Assembly: GCF_000143415.4 (NCBI RefSeq)
Contig: NW_003314271.1
Coordinates: 744,001-808,000 of the forward strand
DNA length: 64,000 nt
DNA from: Selaginella moellendorffii
Taxonomy: Eukaryota > Plantae > Lycopodiophyta
Direction: 5' to 3'
Shown: piece after piece, positions 23,880-37,769 of the stretch
Position numbering within the stretch: the stretch's first letter is position 1
Layout of the letters: every line of letters starts with the position of its first letter
Translations under genes and position numbers: made by a program
The notes under the pieces: generated by a model
What the model was told of the DNA's origin: nothing
The model's input: the letters and a program-made list of their open reading frames with translations, nothing else
Database searches by the model: none

Positions 23880-25487
23880 ATGGTGGTGTTGGATTCCCCG
23901 CTGCGGTGGCTCACAGAGGCAGTGAAGCGGCGATCGCTGCAGCTGGCCACTGGATATTTCCATCCCGAGGAGCGCCGATGGATCGACCAGGCGCCGAAGC
24001 CGAAGCAGTCGAAATCCGGGCGATCTTTGTGGAAATGGATGCGGCTTCGCGAGATTCAGGTAGGATTTCACCTCTCCTTGCCTCCATTCTCGCGTCTCGG
24101 TAGAAATATCGAGATTGTCTCCTTTTCCCTCTCGCATTCCTCGATGGAATCCTTCCATCTTTGCGATTTTGATCTTCTTGCTTGCATTCTCCCATCTTGG
24201 AACCTTTCTGGTCATTGTATGCTAGAATTATCGAGATTTTCTCTCTTGTCGCGAAGTTTTTCTCTCGCATTTGTGGCTCCCATCCATCTTTTCTAAAACT
24301 TTTCTTCTTTTTTTTGTTGGCAAAGGATACAGGTGTGGATGAGAGACGGCGATCTGGAGAGCATTCGACGCAACGATCGAAGGATCGCATACATTAAGCG
24401 AGTGATGGAGTATCTGGTCAGTCACGAGCAGAAAGGAAGCGTTAACCTCCGAAAACTCCATGCAGTTGAAGGGCTGGACGACAATACCAAGCACGGGCTG
24501 AGAAGAAACGCGTGGAACTATCCGGGCTTCTTCATTGTCACGGTAAACAACAGGCAAAAGGAAGACTTGGTAGCTCTCACCGACAAGGCCAAGCAGCTCA
24601 TGGAGGACGAGAGAAGAGCTCGATGGGATCGCGACGAGAGCTCTTGCGTCAAGATCCTCAAGAAGATACTGATGATGAGCCGGGACAGGAGGATCCGGCG
24701 ATCGAAGCTCCACTGCCTGCAAGAGTACTACGCGTTTCCATACGACTACAACACTGGTTTTCTCGAGAGGCACCCGGACCACATCCGTCTCGTGGAAACT
24801 CCCAAGGATTCCTACGTCGAGCTGGTTTCGTGGGACCAAGAACTGGCAGTGACGGAACGAGAGAAAGCTGTGGCTCAGGGAAGGACTCCCAAAGAGCTTG
24901 GACAATGGGCCTTCGTCATCTCATATCCGGAAGGCTACACTCCAAACAGGGTCCGGCTCGAGCAGCTCGACAATTTCCAGAGGTTACCATTTCCATCGCC
25001 TTACGAGTTCTCCCAGCGGGCTTTCGACACTCCAGTGGGGCAGAAGGAGGCCCTCGGGATCTTCCACGAGCTCCTGAGCTTTACCGTGGAGAAGAGAGCG
25101 CTCGTCTCGGATTTCACCACCTTGGCTGGCAGTCTCAACATACCACGTTACTTCTCGGACTCGCTCCTGAGCTGCCACCCGGGGATCTTCTACGTGAGCA
25201 AGTGGAAGAACCAGCACTACGTTTTCCTGCGAGAGGCATACCGAGGAAAGAATCTGGTGGCTGAAGAAGTCGATCCCTTGGTAACCATCAGAAGGCGCTA
25301 CTTGGAGCTGATGAAGCCCAAGCCGGAGAAGCTACACTTGAGCTCGAGAGACGAGGACTACCTTTACGTACCAATCTCGAAGCGTGGGATCACGTCCAAC
25401 CAAGGTAAGTGGTTTATCATAGTCGCAAAGGGAAGTAACGCATCGCCTCCTCTGACAGAATCCATGGGTTTAATCAGGAGCTTGTAA
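23880..25487 (+). CDS. PORR (plant organelle RNA recognition) domain protein, WTF1/RPD1 family
   Basis: Exon 23880-24059 splices in phase 0 to exon 24333 onward. Motifs KILKKILMMSRDRRI, FPYDY, QRLPFPSPY, HELLSFTVEKR, HPGIFYVS..VFLREAY. Confidence 0.88.
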
Positions 25488-27388
25488 CAAGTGCTGCGAT
25501 CAAACAGGTTGACGAGACACTCTTAAGATCAAACGCGGTCCCAGGATGAAGCCGCGAGAGCAAACAAAATGACAAGACAACTTTCTGTTTCAAGATGAAG
25601 CGAATGTCTTAGGAATGTCTCATGGCTTCTTCAGCTCCAAACCGTCCAGCCACAGACTTCCAAACATCGTCCGGTAGATCATTGGCTTTTGACTTTCCAG
25701 CACCCACCCCCACAGGTTCTAGGAGGACAAAGCAAATCGAGCCAACCGGCAAGCCTACCATATAATTGTTCCAACATAGGAAGTATGTGTGCGTTTATTA
25801 TTTTATCACCACCCGGATAACCGATGAACTGGCTATCACGCAAGGGCTTTGGGCAAGAGGTGCCGGTGTCGATTAGCCAGACGCCCAAACAAAACACGTG
25901 GCTCTAGTCTTTTTGCTAAATTATATTTACTGTAAACGTGGCATTTTCTCAGTCCCGTAAAAGTAAAAAAAGTATGAAGCATGAGTAAACATTCTGGCAG
26001 CAACAAAGATGGAAAACCCATTCTCTTAGCGTCTCTTTTTAGGTTTTCCTTTGCAATTGACGCGAGCGCCGGGTCGCGGAGGTATGAGACGGTGTGGGTT
26101 GGTGCGAAGACGTTTTGGACTTGGATGCGATCGAGGAGGGGAATGCCAGTTGCTGGATATCTTGTGCTGTGAGTTGCATGGAGGTACATTGGAAGCTGGA
26201 ATGCCCTCTTGATCTCCAGGCAGCTGTTGGCAAGAGAAAACAGGCTGATTCGGGTTTCCTACAGGGCAAGCTTAAGACATTGGAACTTATGGCGCCTTGT
26301 TAGAGCAGCACAAGTTAATTAGATGCAGACTTTCGCCATCTCTCGTGTGCATGGAGATTCCGAGTGACGAGGTAATGAAGAAGAATGGTATGCACGTTTC
26401 CAGTCATCACAGCGGTCACATGTGACGTGGGTGATCTCGGTGACAAGAGTTGCTTTGATCCTCAGGGAGTTTTCAGTGGGCAGGAGTTAAGTCGATGTGT
26501 TCTAGTTCTTGGATATGACGTGCGTCCTGGATCCTTGTCGATCCTACGCGCACAACAAAACTTTTCTGAGATACACGCGACTCGGGGATGGTTATGGCAA
26601 CACATTATGGAGTTGACCAAACTTCCCCCGAACCTAAATTTTGTTTGGCTCGCGAGTCAAATACGAGTTAGAGTGGGAGCCGCAATTGAGTGGATTTAGA
26701 GTGACATTTGTGACTTCACTCCAAATTCACTTGCATAAACGCTCTACGACTTGCCTTAAAGAAGAAACTCCGAGAGAAAACAGGACCTATGATCCAAATC
26801 CTTGGACACATAAAAAGCGTAGACATGTATTATCATCACTGAGGTGCAGGGTCGAACACGAGGTTCTGTTTACCATATAAACGTGGCACCATTCGATCCG
26901 CCAAAAGAAAAAGACAAAATTTTCTTGACGAAGACGATCCACGATGACTGAGGGCTTTTCATCTTGAAGCACGATGCATCGGTCCAATCTACTTTGGCAC
27001 TGCTTTACTTGATACTTTGGCGAAGCTCTAATTGATCCGTCGAGGCAGTGAGTTAGAGCGCTGGATCATCTGGCGCGCGGTCTTTGGCCGTGGCCAATTG
27101 CACATTTTCTATTTCATGGAGGGATTGCATCGTAAATGGTGGTTGGCGGTCATCCAACGGCCAGGGAGACGTTCTCCAGAGTTAGTAGAAAGGCGCGGTG
27201 GATGCGCATGAGCCTCTTGTTTTAGTCTCAGCGAAGCGTGTGGTTTTGGTGCAAAGCAACGCAGATATTTGCCCTGCGCTTCAAGGGTTTGAGCGAGGAA
27301 AGAAGGCGCGGCCGCGCAGCGCCTACATTCTTTTCTCTCGATCGCGATCGATCTTGTCCAGGTTCGAAATTTTGCGGTGACTGGCGGA

Positions 27389-28994
27389 ATGATCTTCTGG
27401 AAGAAATGGAGGCGGCGCTGGAATTCCTGCTCGGTTGAGGTGCGTTGCCATTTGAAAATTTCTTTCGCTGCTGGATTTCTGGAACAATAGGTATCGCCAA
27501 TAGCGGTATGAGTTTCGTGAGGAGAGGCTCTCATTTGGTTTATGGAGGTAATGTCAAAGATATCTTTGCGCGATCAGAGCCTTTTTCTCGCGGCAGGTGT
27601 CCAATGGAGCAATCGGGCAGAGAGGAGGCGGTGGAGGAACGCTGCTTTGCATTCCCAGCGACACGCTCGCAGATGATAAACGGCTGAAGAAACGTTCGCG
27701 CAGGCTGCTCGTCTCGGATAGCACTGGCGAGTCCCACAACAATGCGAAGCGATCGGCAGCAATGTACTCCACAGCTTTCAACTTCAAGCTCTCGGGGACC
27801 ACGAAAACTTATCCCGGGACCAGCACTACCAACAGCTCTTTGGACCGGTCAGTGGATTCATCGGGAATGCCGGAGCCGGAGCCGTGTGATCAGTCCAAGC
27901 ACGAAACGTGGGAGTTTGAGACGCTGGTCCCGTTTAGCTGCGAAACGCCATCGCTGCTGTCGTCGGACGTGATCTCCACGATCGACTACGATGAAACCGG
28001 ACAGCTGATAGCTACTGGTGGGCTGGCAAGGAAGATCAGGATTTGCTCGTACCAGGAGCTAGTGAACGGGATGGGAAGGGAGTGTTTCCAGGGACGCAAC
28101 GTGAAAAACCTCTTCACCACCATTTGCATGCCGGCAAAGCTAAGCAGTCTCAAGTGGAGGCCGGGGAGCTCCGAGGTGATCGCTTGCGGTGACTACGATG
28201 GCTCGGTCACGGAGTGGGACGTAGAGCACGGGGTCACGGTGAGTGAAAGATACGAGCACACGGGACGAACAGTGTGGAGCATCGACTACTGCAGAGACTT
28301 CCGGGGCCTGCTAGCGTCGGCGTCGAGCGACAGCACCGTGAGGTTTTGGAGCAGGAATGTGGAGCGGAGCGTTGGGATCATCAAGTCCCTTAAGCGGAAC
28401 TCGATGTGCTGCGTGGAGTTCGGCCGCTCCTCCGGTCCCTGCTGCTACGTTGCCGTGGCCTGCGCCGACGCGAGTGTGTATCTGTATGATATGCGGAGCC
28501 TGGGGAGCCCAGTCGCGAACCTGCGGGGCCACGAGAGGTCCGTGAGCTACGTGAGATGGCTGGGCGAGAACAGCTTGGTGTCCTCGTCTCCAGACGGCAC
28601 GATTCGACTGTGGGATATCGCCTCGACACTAACTGGTACCGGCGAGAGTTGGCACGCTCGGAACGACGAGCTGCCGATCGCGAGAACCTTTGGCTGTCAC
28701 TCCAACACCAGGAACTTTGTTGGACTGTCTGTTGCGAGCTCCGGCGGCGGCTCCGGCGGGCTCATCGCGTCCGGGTCCGAGAACAACGAAGTCTTTGTGT
28801 ACAGCTCTTCCGTCTCGGAGAGACCCGTCTTCCGGCACAAGTTCAACGATGCGGTCGTGCTGGATGATAAGGCCTTCGTGGGGTCGGTTTGCTGGACCAA
28901 GCAAGAAGATCACTTGTCCTTGATCTCGGCAAACTCCGAGGGCATTGTGCAGGTTATACGGGCCACAACAACAAAAACAGCGCGACATACATGA
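27389..28994 (+). CDS. RUP: RUP-like WD40 protein (COP1/SPA/RUP WD40 clade, no RING or kinase)
   Basis: Motifs SDVISTIDYD..GQLIATGGLARKIR, PAKLSSLKW, GDYDGSVTEWD, EHTGRTVWSIDY, GHERSVSYVR, HSNTRNFVGLSV, SGSENNEVFVY, FVGSVCW. Possible exon 1 at 27389-27439 in phase with 27597; alternative start at ATG 27762. Confidence 0.85.
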
Positions 28995-29286
28995 CACACG
29001 GACGCTGCTGAGGTTGGGCTTTTCTTTTCACAATTTCTTACACTGAATAACAGGACGAGAGAGTTCCCTTTTTCCCATTGGAAGAAAGATGGTGGACACA
29101 ACTAGACACACAGGTATCACATTTTACACATGGAATAACAGGAGTGGCTATTTCATACGTAGCACAGACACACAAGACAGCCAGCCTCAAGGGAGAAGAA
29201 AAATCGACTTGGAACCGAACCTCGCGAGTTAAATAAGTAAAAGAGCACAGCACTCAAAACAAAGACTGTTCTTGGTCAGTTGTCAC

Positions 29287-30096
29287 TCAGGCCCGATCCA
29301 TGTCTTCGATCGAAGCCTCCGCTAGAGTCCGCTGCTGCTGCTCCCGCTGGGGAGACGATCCGTTCGCAAGCTGAAGGGAGCATCCGAGCTCAGGAGGAGG
29401 AGGCTGCTGCTGCTCTACGAAACAACTCTTTCCGGCCTCGATGAATCCAGCAGTGGGAGTTTGGACACCAAACAAGGGAGGCACCACAGGAGCAAATCCG
29501 AGCTGCTGGTGATCTCTGACTGGAGTGTGGTGCCTGGAGCTGGAGACGTCGAGCGGGTTCTCGGCCAGCGCCGGTGGCATTACCACCGCTTGCGAAGAAC
29601 TCGGAGTGGTCGAGGAGGCCGGGACCGGGCTGGAAAGCCGAGCAGTGGCAGTAGCACCTCCAGCACCTCCGCGGCTTCCACCGGCAAATCTCACATTGGG
29701 AGCGATGTCGTTGGCGGTGGTGATGGGAACGCAAAGTCCCGGCCCAAACACGACGCCGCGGAGGATGGTGTCCGTCTCGCCCACCCGGACGGTGAGAATG
29801 TAGCCGGCGTCGAAGGAGCCGTCGAGGACGCCATGGACCGACTGGCCGACGAGCGACGCGTCCACTCGTGGGGGGCTCAGTGGGTCGATCTTCCTCTTCC
29901 GGATCTTCCTGGCGGGGGTTGGACCGACGCCACCATTGGTGCCCAGCTGCGGGCTGGTGGCGGCAGCGGCGGCGATGGTGTCGCACTTCCGGGGCCGGCC
30001 TCTTCGTTTCTTCACTGGGGAGGCGGCGCCGCCCTCTTCCGGCGGCCGGGGGGTGCCGGTCTTCGGCGGATCAACGCCGGCGGGAGCATCCACCAT
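29287..30096 (-). CDS. AT-hook motif protein (MNM1-like family)
   Basis: AT-hook KKRRGRPRK plus conserved domain LVGQSVHGVLDGSFDAGYILTVRVGETDTILRGVVF. An upstream exon is possible. Confidence 0.82.
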   Translation of the reverse strand: MVDAPAGVDPPKTGTPRPPEEGGAASPVKKRRGRPRKCDTIAAAAATSPQLGTNGGVGPTPARKIRKRKIDPLSPPRVDASLVGQSVHGVLDGSFDAGYILTVRVGETDTILRGVVFGPGLCVPITTANDIAPNVRFAGGSRGGAGGATATARLSSPVPASSTTPSSSQAVVMPPALAENPLDVSSSRHHTPVRDHQQLGFAPVVPPLFGVQTPTAGFIEAGKSCFVEQQQPPPPELGCSLQLANGSSPQREQQQRTLAEASIEDMDRA

Positions 30097-30820
30097 CGGC
30101 CTCAACTCGCGAGAAATAATCTGAGCAAAGAGGGAAGAAAAAAGAAACCAGTTTCTGAGAGTCCACCGATTAAAAAACAAATCAAGGAACAGTGTGATTC
30201 TTTTGTTTGGAGCTCTAACTTGGAGTCAGCGAGGCATTCAGAGAGCTAAACTGATGGTTCCCAAAACACCCAAGAAAAAAGAAATCCCAAGATCGATTAA
30301 GAAAATGAACAAGCACTTTGGCTTCCGGTCAAACGAAACACAGGCAAACATTCCACGGCGCATGCGAAAGCGAGCCTCTTTTGACAAGGGAGACAAAGTC
30401 AATAGCAATGTAGCAACTGGAAAGATTCGATCTTGGCCAGCGGAAGCGCTCGCTAGGGTTTTGGGAGACAACAAAGAACCAAAACCAAGACTAGAGAAGC
30501 AAGGAAACGCGAAGCAAGAAAATGCCCAAGAAGAGGAGAGAGAACAAGAACCTGTTGATCGCGATCAAGCGCGCTTCCTCCGCTCGCCCGCCACTCTCCC
30601 AAGCTTCTTTCTCCCCATGGCGGTAGCACGGACACCAATGCGCGCGCCGGTAACCTTAGCTTACCGCTTAATTAATGTCACAGAATGTACACCCACACTA
30701 GCAGAATATGCTCCTCGTAGACAGAAAATCCTTAGCTGACAGAATATACGACATTAACATATGCCATCGGATCTTTTTAAATTTAAATTTTGGGGTTTAG
30801 GATTTTAGGGTTCTTCCTCT

Positions 30821-31850
30821 TTACATTTTGGAGAGGTAGTGGTAGACTCCCCGGCCGGATTTGCGCCCCAGCCAGCCAGCGTCCACGTACTGGGCGAGCA
30901 GCGGGCAGGGGCGGTACTTGGCGTCGCCCAGGCCGGCGTGGAGGACGCCCATGATCGACAAGCAAGTGTCGAGGCCGATGAAATCCGCGAGCGCCAGCGG
31001 CCCCATGGGCTGGTTCGTCCCGAGCTTCATGGCCGTGTCGATCTCCTCCGCGCTGCTCACGCCCTCGAGCAGCGCGTAGAACGCCTCGTTGATCATGGGC
31101 ATGAGGATCCGGTTGACGACGAAGCCCGGGAAGTCGCGGGAGCTCACCACCGTCTTGCCGAATCTGTCCGGGGTGATCAGCTTAGCTTCTCTAAGATGGG
31201 TGCTGCTTTCTTACCTCTCCGCGAGCTCCTTGGTCTGCTCAAAAACTTCGTCCGCGGTTGCCAGGCCCCGGACAATCTCCACGAGCTTCATCAATGGCGG
31301 CGGGTTCATGAAATGCATGCCAATCACCTGTTGGAAAGAACAGAACTCTAGAGCTTGACACTTCTTAGAACCAAGGAGGAGATCACTTACTTGCTGAGGA
31401 CGCTGCGTAGAGGCAGCCAGCCTTGTGATCGAGATGGAGCTCGTGTTTGACGCCAGGATCGCCGACGGCTTGAGCAGCCTATCAAGCTCCGAGAAAATCC
31501 CCTTCTTCACATTCTCTCGCTCGGAGACAGCCTCGATCACCACATCCGCCGAGCTCATGTCAGCCAGAGAAGTGGTCGTCGACACGCGCGCCAGCGTCGC
31601 ATTCGCTTCATCCTGCCAGCGATCAATCAATCTCCCCTTCCTGGATGAGCCACAATTCATTTACCTCCGAGATGACGCCCTTCTTAACGAATTTCGCTAG
31701 CGACGAAGAAATGCTCTGCAAGCCCCTCGTCAGAGCCGCGCCATCGGAGTCCGCCATCACCACAGCCATCTGCGCGGCGGCCGCGAGCTGCGCGATTCCA
31801 GTCCCCATTTGCCCTGCGCCTACCACGCCCACGACCCTGACGATCGCCAT
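30821..31850 (-). CDS. 3-hydroxybutyryl-CoA / 3-hydroxyacyl-CoA dehydrogenase (4 exons)
   Basis: Rossmann motif [14 protein letters not shown], then [60 protein letters not shown] introns of about 50-60 bp. Confidence 0.95.
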
Positions 31851-32008
31851 AGCGCACAGGGCTCATGATCCGAAGAACCCTAAATACAGAGCATTTAGTT
31901 TGAAGGAATCGAACCCTCGTCGTCTTTTATCCTTTTAATCATGCCTAAAAGGTCGTTTTTTAACGGAATTATCATTTCGAAAGAATATCTTCCGTGCTAG
32001 GGCTAGCT

Positions 32009-33244
32009 ATGGCGAGCACGATGCGGCCAGCGCCTCCCGTGTGCTTGTGCGGCGATGGCGCGGCTTCGTGTAGCAGCTGGACATGGGTGGGAAGAAGCCG
32101 AATTTCATTCTCCGCGGTAAGGAGGCCTCGCATTTTCGATTTGGCGATCCGGAGCGGCAGAAGGAAGAATCGTGTTCTCAAGTGCGTGGCGGCAAAGGCA
32201 GAGACGGAGCTGGACGGTGGAAGCTCGAGTGGAACCACTGTGGAGGAGGCGCCACCGGGTAAGCTCCAAATTCCAACGAAAATTCTAGCAATCTCTTTTG
32301 TCCATTCGCTAAACAGCTCCAAGCACAAGGCCTGATGAAAAAATCTCGAGCACGATCTCTCAAGACTCGTCATCTCCAATTTCGTCTTGGCTCTATCCCG
32401 ACAAGGAGGACCTCCCCGACGACAAAGAGATGACAATCTTTGAACACTTGGAAGAGCTTCGGGAGCGTTTGCTCTTGTCGGTCGGAGCCGTGGGAGTGGC
32501 AATGCTTGGCTGCTTTGCCTTCGCTAAAGATCTCATCATGTACTTGGAATCACCAGCGCACGTACAAGGCGTTCGTTTCCTCCAGCTCTCACCCGGCGAG
32601 TATTTCTTCACAACTCTAAAGGTATGCTCGCGGTTCTAGAGTTGCAATAATGAGATCTATCTGCTTTCTCGTTTCACAGGTCTCTGGTTACTGCGGACTT
32701 CTCATCGCCAGCCCAGTCATTCTGTACGAGATCATCGCGTTTGTAGTCCCGGGGCTAACTCTGAGCGAGAGAAAGTTCCTGGGGCCTATTGTTCTCGGAT
32801 CGTCGATTCTCTTCTACGCAGGATTGGCGTTCTCCTACTCGGTGTTGACTCCGGCAGCGCTAAACTTCTTCGTTTCCTACGCCGAAGGAGTGGTAGAATC
32901 GATCTGGTCGATCGACCAGTACTTTGAGTTCATCCTCGTGCTCATGTTTAGCACAGGTCTCGCCTTCCAGGTTCGTGATGAGGTTTCTTACGTCTTTGGT
33001 GCCAAGGTTCCGTGGTTTCCAGGTTCCAGTGATACAACTTTTACTGGGACAAACTAAACTTGTCACTGGCGATCAAATGCTATCGGTTTGGAGATATGTT
33101 GTCGTCGGTGCTGTTGCTGCTGCTGCAGTTCTCACGCCCTCTACAGATCCGCTAACGCAGATCCTTTTGGCCGGTCCCTTGATTGGACTGTACCTGGGTG
33201 GGGCATCTCTCGTCAAGTTACTCCAAGCTGGAGAGACTTCCTGA
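32009..33244 (+). CDS. TATC: Chloroplast Tat translocase subunit TatC (cpTatC/APG2), 4 exons
   Basis: Transit peptide, then [72 protein letters not shown]. Confidence 0.95.
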
Positions 33245-34079
33245 GACACAGACAAATTCTAATTATATTCTATGAAAACATGTTTATAATTTTAAACATT
33301 TATAAGAGGAAATTATTTTCTTTAATGGAAACTTAATATAAAGATTACCTTAAGTAGCACATAAATAATGGTTTCTTGTATTAGAAGCCAACAAAACATT
33401 ATTAGGAAATTTTGACATATAAATGACAAGATTACAATCATCTTGAATGGACAAAAATGTTGATGATATACATAATGGTTGATTATAACAATAATTATTT
33501 TTATATTCCATTTTACTTTCATGCCATTAAATAAAACGACATTTCCATTCTTTTGTATAACTAAATAACAATTAAAAAAATTCTTTTACCTGTTTTCCAT
33601 ATTTTATTATTTTTTGAATATAGAATAAGATTACATTCAAACTCTAAAATTAATATATTTTTCTTATTGGAGAAATTAAAAAATCATCAGAAGAAAAATG
33701 CAATCCATGATATAATGTACTAGTTTTTAAATAACATTCATTTGAGCTTTCCAAATTATAAGATTTATAAAATAAAGATAATAATTCAGTATGTTAATTT
33801 AATTCATGTTTTATTACATATTTAGTACTTTCACTTCCATAAAAGTTTGCAAGTACTTCATTCATTTGAGCTACACTTTTTTCTAAAATACTATTAAGAC
33901 TTTGGAGAATAAGATAACTTGAAATTGTTGAACGTTTATTATGATATGACTTATGTTTAATTATTATATCAACAAGCCCTTTTGAGACAGATACTTGCAT
34001 TTCATCAGAATAATTTAATTTATAATCTTCATTGTAATTGATTTTTCCAATTAAATTATATATAGCTACTATATCTTGT

Positions 34080-34249
34080 TGTGAGGGGTACGGCTATGAT
34101 ACCATATACTAATATTAGCATAGTGGGATTTTGGTACCCATCGAATTGATTTTAATCTGAACTATTCACTCTTGTATATAAATTAGGGTTTTTGGGCTAA
34201 TTGAAATGCACATTTTCTATATTCCCTTTCTATATTCTAAGCACCCACA
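34080..34249 (+). repeat. 5' LTR (170 bp)
   Basis: tgtgagggg...gcacccaca, followed by the PBS; homologous to the reverse complement of 40517-40692. Confidence 0.88.
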
Positions 34250-34250
34250 T

Positions 34251-34266
34251 TGGTGGAGATGAGGGG
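34251..34266 (+). other. Primer-binding site complementary to the tRNA-Ala 3' end
   Basis: TGGTGGAGATGAGGGG; the first 11 nt complement CATCTCCA-CCA of tRNA-Ala. Confidence 0.8.
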
Positions 34267-37200
34267 CACCTTTGATTGTCCCTAAAGAGTGTTTAGATTT
34301 AGAATTTTGGTTTAGATTTAGCTTTTTCTATTTCCTTTCTTTTATTCGTTCCTTTCAAGATTTTGGTTTAGATTTAACTTTTTGCATTGTCTAGATTTAC
34401 CATTTCCTTTTAACTTTTTGTTATTTCTCTTCTTTTGCTCTTTCTTTTTCATTCGTCTTCATGGTAGATTAGCAATCTCCTCCTTTGACTCTAGAGCAGC
34501 AGTTGGTACAATTGCTTGATGCTATGTGCTTGCAATTGAACAACCAAACTCAATTGATGGTAGCGTTCACGGCACGTGGTATAACTCCTTTTGCTCTTGG
34601 TGCCAATCCTCGCGTTCAGCCGGAATTCTTTCACGGGAATTTTGGGGATGATGTGTACCATTGGTTCGATCACTTCATAGTGATTGCCATATATCATTCT
34701 TGGGATGATGCTCAACGTTTGTGTGAGTTTCCCATGTGTCTCTAAGGGATGGCATTGCAGTGGTATAATGGTTTAAGCGTAGCCACTCGTGGGGATTGGA
34801 GTGTTCTCTCGGACATCTTCAAACTCGCCTTTGGACATACCAATGATTGTGATGATGCCTTTCAACAATTGCATTGTCTTTGCCAAAGGCCATCTGAGTT
34901 GGTGATGCAATTTGGCATTCGTTTCTGAAGTCTTTTGTTTCGTGTAGAGCCAAATATGTTAGAGCAGATCAAGCTAGGAATGTTGTGGCCAGCACTTCAT
35001 CAAGATCTTGTCGGACTTGTGCCTGCACTTGCTCCTGCCACCCTTGACAATGCTCTTTGTTTGACACAATGTTATGAGACGTCGCCTCTTCCACTTCTCG
35101 CTGCATGTCCTTCAGCTCCACCTCCTATAGGTGATGGTCCTGTTCTAATGGAGGTTAATGCTGCTGCTACTCACGTCCAAGGACAAGGGTGAGGACGTCG
35201 TTGTGGCTGTGATGTTCGCTGTTGGGTGTGTGATGAAGTTGGTCATACTTATTGGCGTTGTCGGCGTTTTCCGGATTGGCGACCTCCATTTCTTGGGTGG
35301 AGACCTTGGCATCAGCAATGTTCCGTTGGTGCTGCTGCAGTGAAAGGTTTGGACACTGAGATGCATCCGGGAAACGAGGAGTCGCGCGAGTAACGGAGGG
35401 ACCTTGTGCGAATAAATCAGTGACCCCTCCATATTTCTTTTGGGAGTATCATCAAGGGGTTCACTCGGCACCAGTTCATCCAGTGTTTACTTTGCAAGCT
35501 CATTTTTATAACAAGAGGTCTCCTATTATTCTCTCCTTGTTGGTTGATACAGGTTCGAGTTCATCTTCTATTGCTCAACCTGTTGCCACACGTTGCTGTC
35601 TACACTTTTGTGTCATGCGGCAGAACTAGTTTTCATTCTTTATGGCAATAGCCGTACACATGCATGTGCACGGGATGAAGCGGACCTGGTTGTGCGTGTG
35701 GGCGATCTCGAGCTTGAGTTGCAGTCATTGCTGGTGGTGTTGAGTCAAGCTTTTGACCTCATTCTTAGTATGGATTGGTTGCAACATAATCATGCCAAGT
35801 GTGACTTTGAAGCTTCTCCCCTTTGTCTCATACATTTTTATGTTTTATCCATTCCTCTCACTTCCATACCTCTTCGTCCCTTTACTTCTACCTTTTCTTC
35901 CATTACTTTTGTTCCTCCACTATTTCCTCCTATGTTTCCGTCTTGTTTTGCCCTTCCCTTTTCCGATCCCTCCAACAATTTTTGTGTTGCAGTGGTTGAC
36001 TAGCTCATGAAGGAGTATTCTAATCTCTTTGAATTTGACATATCATCAAGATTTTATATGCAAACATAAAAGAGATGTTGGAGAAGGGTGTTATTCAGAA
36101 TTCGTAGAGCCCTTAGGCATGTGAGCTTCATTTTGTGATGAAGCTTGATGGGAATATTCATTTCTGCATCGACTATCATCCGTTAAACGAAGTGACAATC
36201 CTAGATGTGTACCCTCTTCCTCACACTGTTGATCTCTTGGGTCGTCTGGGGCAAAGTCGTTGGTTCACCAAGCTTGATCTTGCTTCTGGGTTCTGGCAAA
36301 TACCAATGGCCGAAGAAGATATTCCTAAGATTACTTTTCGTACACCATTTGGTTTGTATGAGTTTTTGGTGATGCCATTTGGTTTGAGCAATGCTCTAGC
36401 AACCTTCCAGTGGATGATGGACGAGGTTTTTTGTGATATGCCAGAGGTGACTGTTGACTTCATTAATGATGTTTTGATCCACTCGGAGGGGATGTGGAAG
36501 GAACATATTCGTGATGTTTGTAAAGTGTTGGATTGGCTACGGGACATTAGTTTAAAGCTGAAGTAGTCGAAGTGTATGTTTGGGTTCAAGGACACAACTT
36601 ATCTTGGGTACTATATTTCTCATGAGGTTTTTCAAGTTGATCATGACAAATTTGTGGCTGTTCTAAAGTTCCCTACTCTAAAGTGTGTGAATGATGTGCA
36701 ACGCTTTTTGGGTAAAGTGTAGTATTTCGGTCGTTTTATGGATCATTTTTCTGATCGCACTACACCGTTGCGAGTGTTGCTGAAGTCATTAATGTCATCT
36801 TTCATCTGATCTCCGAATTGTGAGCGAGCATTCGTGGATCTCAAAGAGCTATTGACAATTCCTCCGGTTTTGGCATATCCTGACTACACTCGACCTTTTT
36901 ATTTTGCGTGTGGATACTTCTGATATTGGTCTTCGAGGTGTGTTAATGCAAAAGAGCTTGAGTGTGCCTAGTCAACGCCATCCCATTGCATATATAAGCC
37001 ATACATTACAACCAGCAGAGATGAACTACTCCACGACAGAGAAGGAGTGTTTAGTAGCAGTCTGGGGTTTCGAGAAACTTCATGCATATCTACATAGTTC
37101 TCAAACATTACTTGAAGGTGACCATACTGCTGTTACTTCATTATTGAAGTAGAAGAATTTAGTTGGTTGTACTACTCAATAAGCTTTGAAGCTTTAGATA

Positions 37201-37769
37201 TATAATTTTGATGTTATTCATCCCCCAAAGAGTTCTATAGCTAATGCTGATGCCCTTTCTCGAGCTCCTCTTCCTTCCCCACTCTATTCTCATGTTTCTG
37301 ATGAGCCTGTTGCTCCTGCATCTATGGATTTTCTAACTGAGGATTCTGTGCCATTGGCGGTTGCTATACTTGACATTTAGCATCCACAAGGCATAGAGCA
37401 AGATCTACCTTCTCTTGATGAGGTTCGCGAAGCTCAAAAGATTGATTGGATTCGAAGGCTTCAAGATGGGTTTAAGAATCCTGTATCACTTGTTGATGAC
37501 TTGCCTTTCCAACATTTACATTCTTAATATCGCTTTGACGACGGCCTTCTTTATTTTGTGGGGATAGATCCTAATGATCATTTACAGCTAGTGGTGCTTT
37601 CTGTCTTTATTCCATGATTTCTCCATGTCTACCATGATTCTCCTGTTCTAGGTGGGCATATAGGACATCGTTATGTAACCGAGAAGCTGCGCAGGTCTTT
37701 CTATTAAGTGGAGATGCGACGTGATATTATCCGATATGTGCGTAGCTGCATTTTGTGCCAAGTTCGTAA

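Noticed and set aside
25500-27100. Short ORFs between PORR and RUP
   Set aside because: No recognisable domains or consistent splice structure.
13737-28994. Light-stress gene cluster (ELIPs plus RUP)
   Set aside because: Proximity alone; an unrelated PORR gene intervenes and I saw no shared regulatory evidence.
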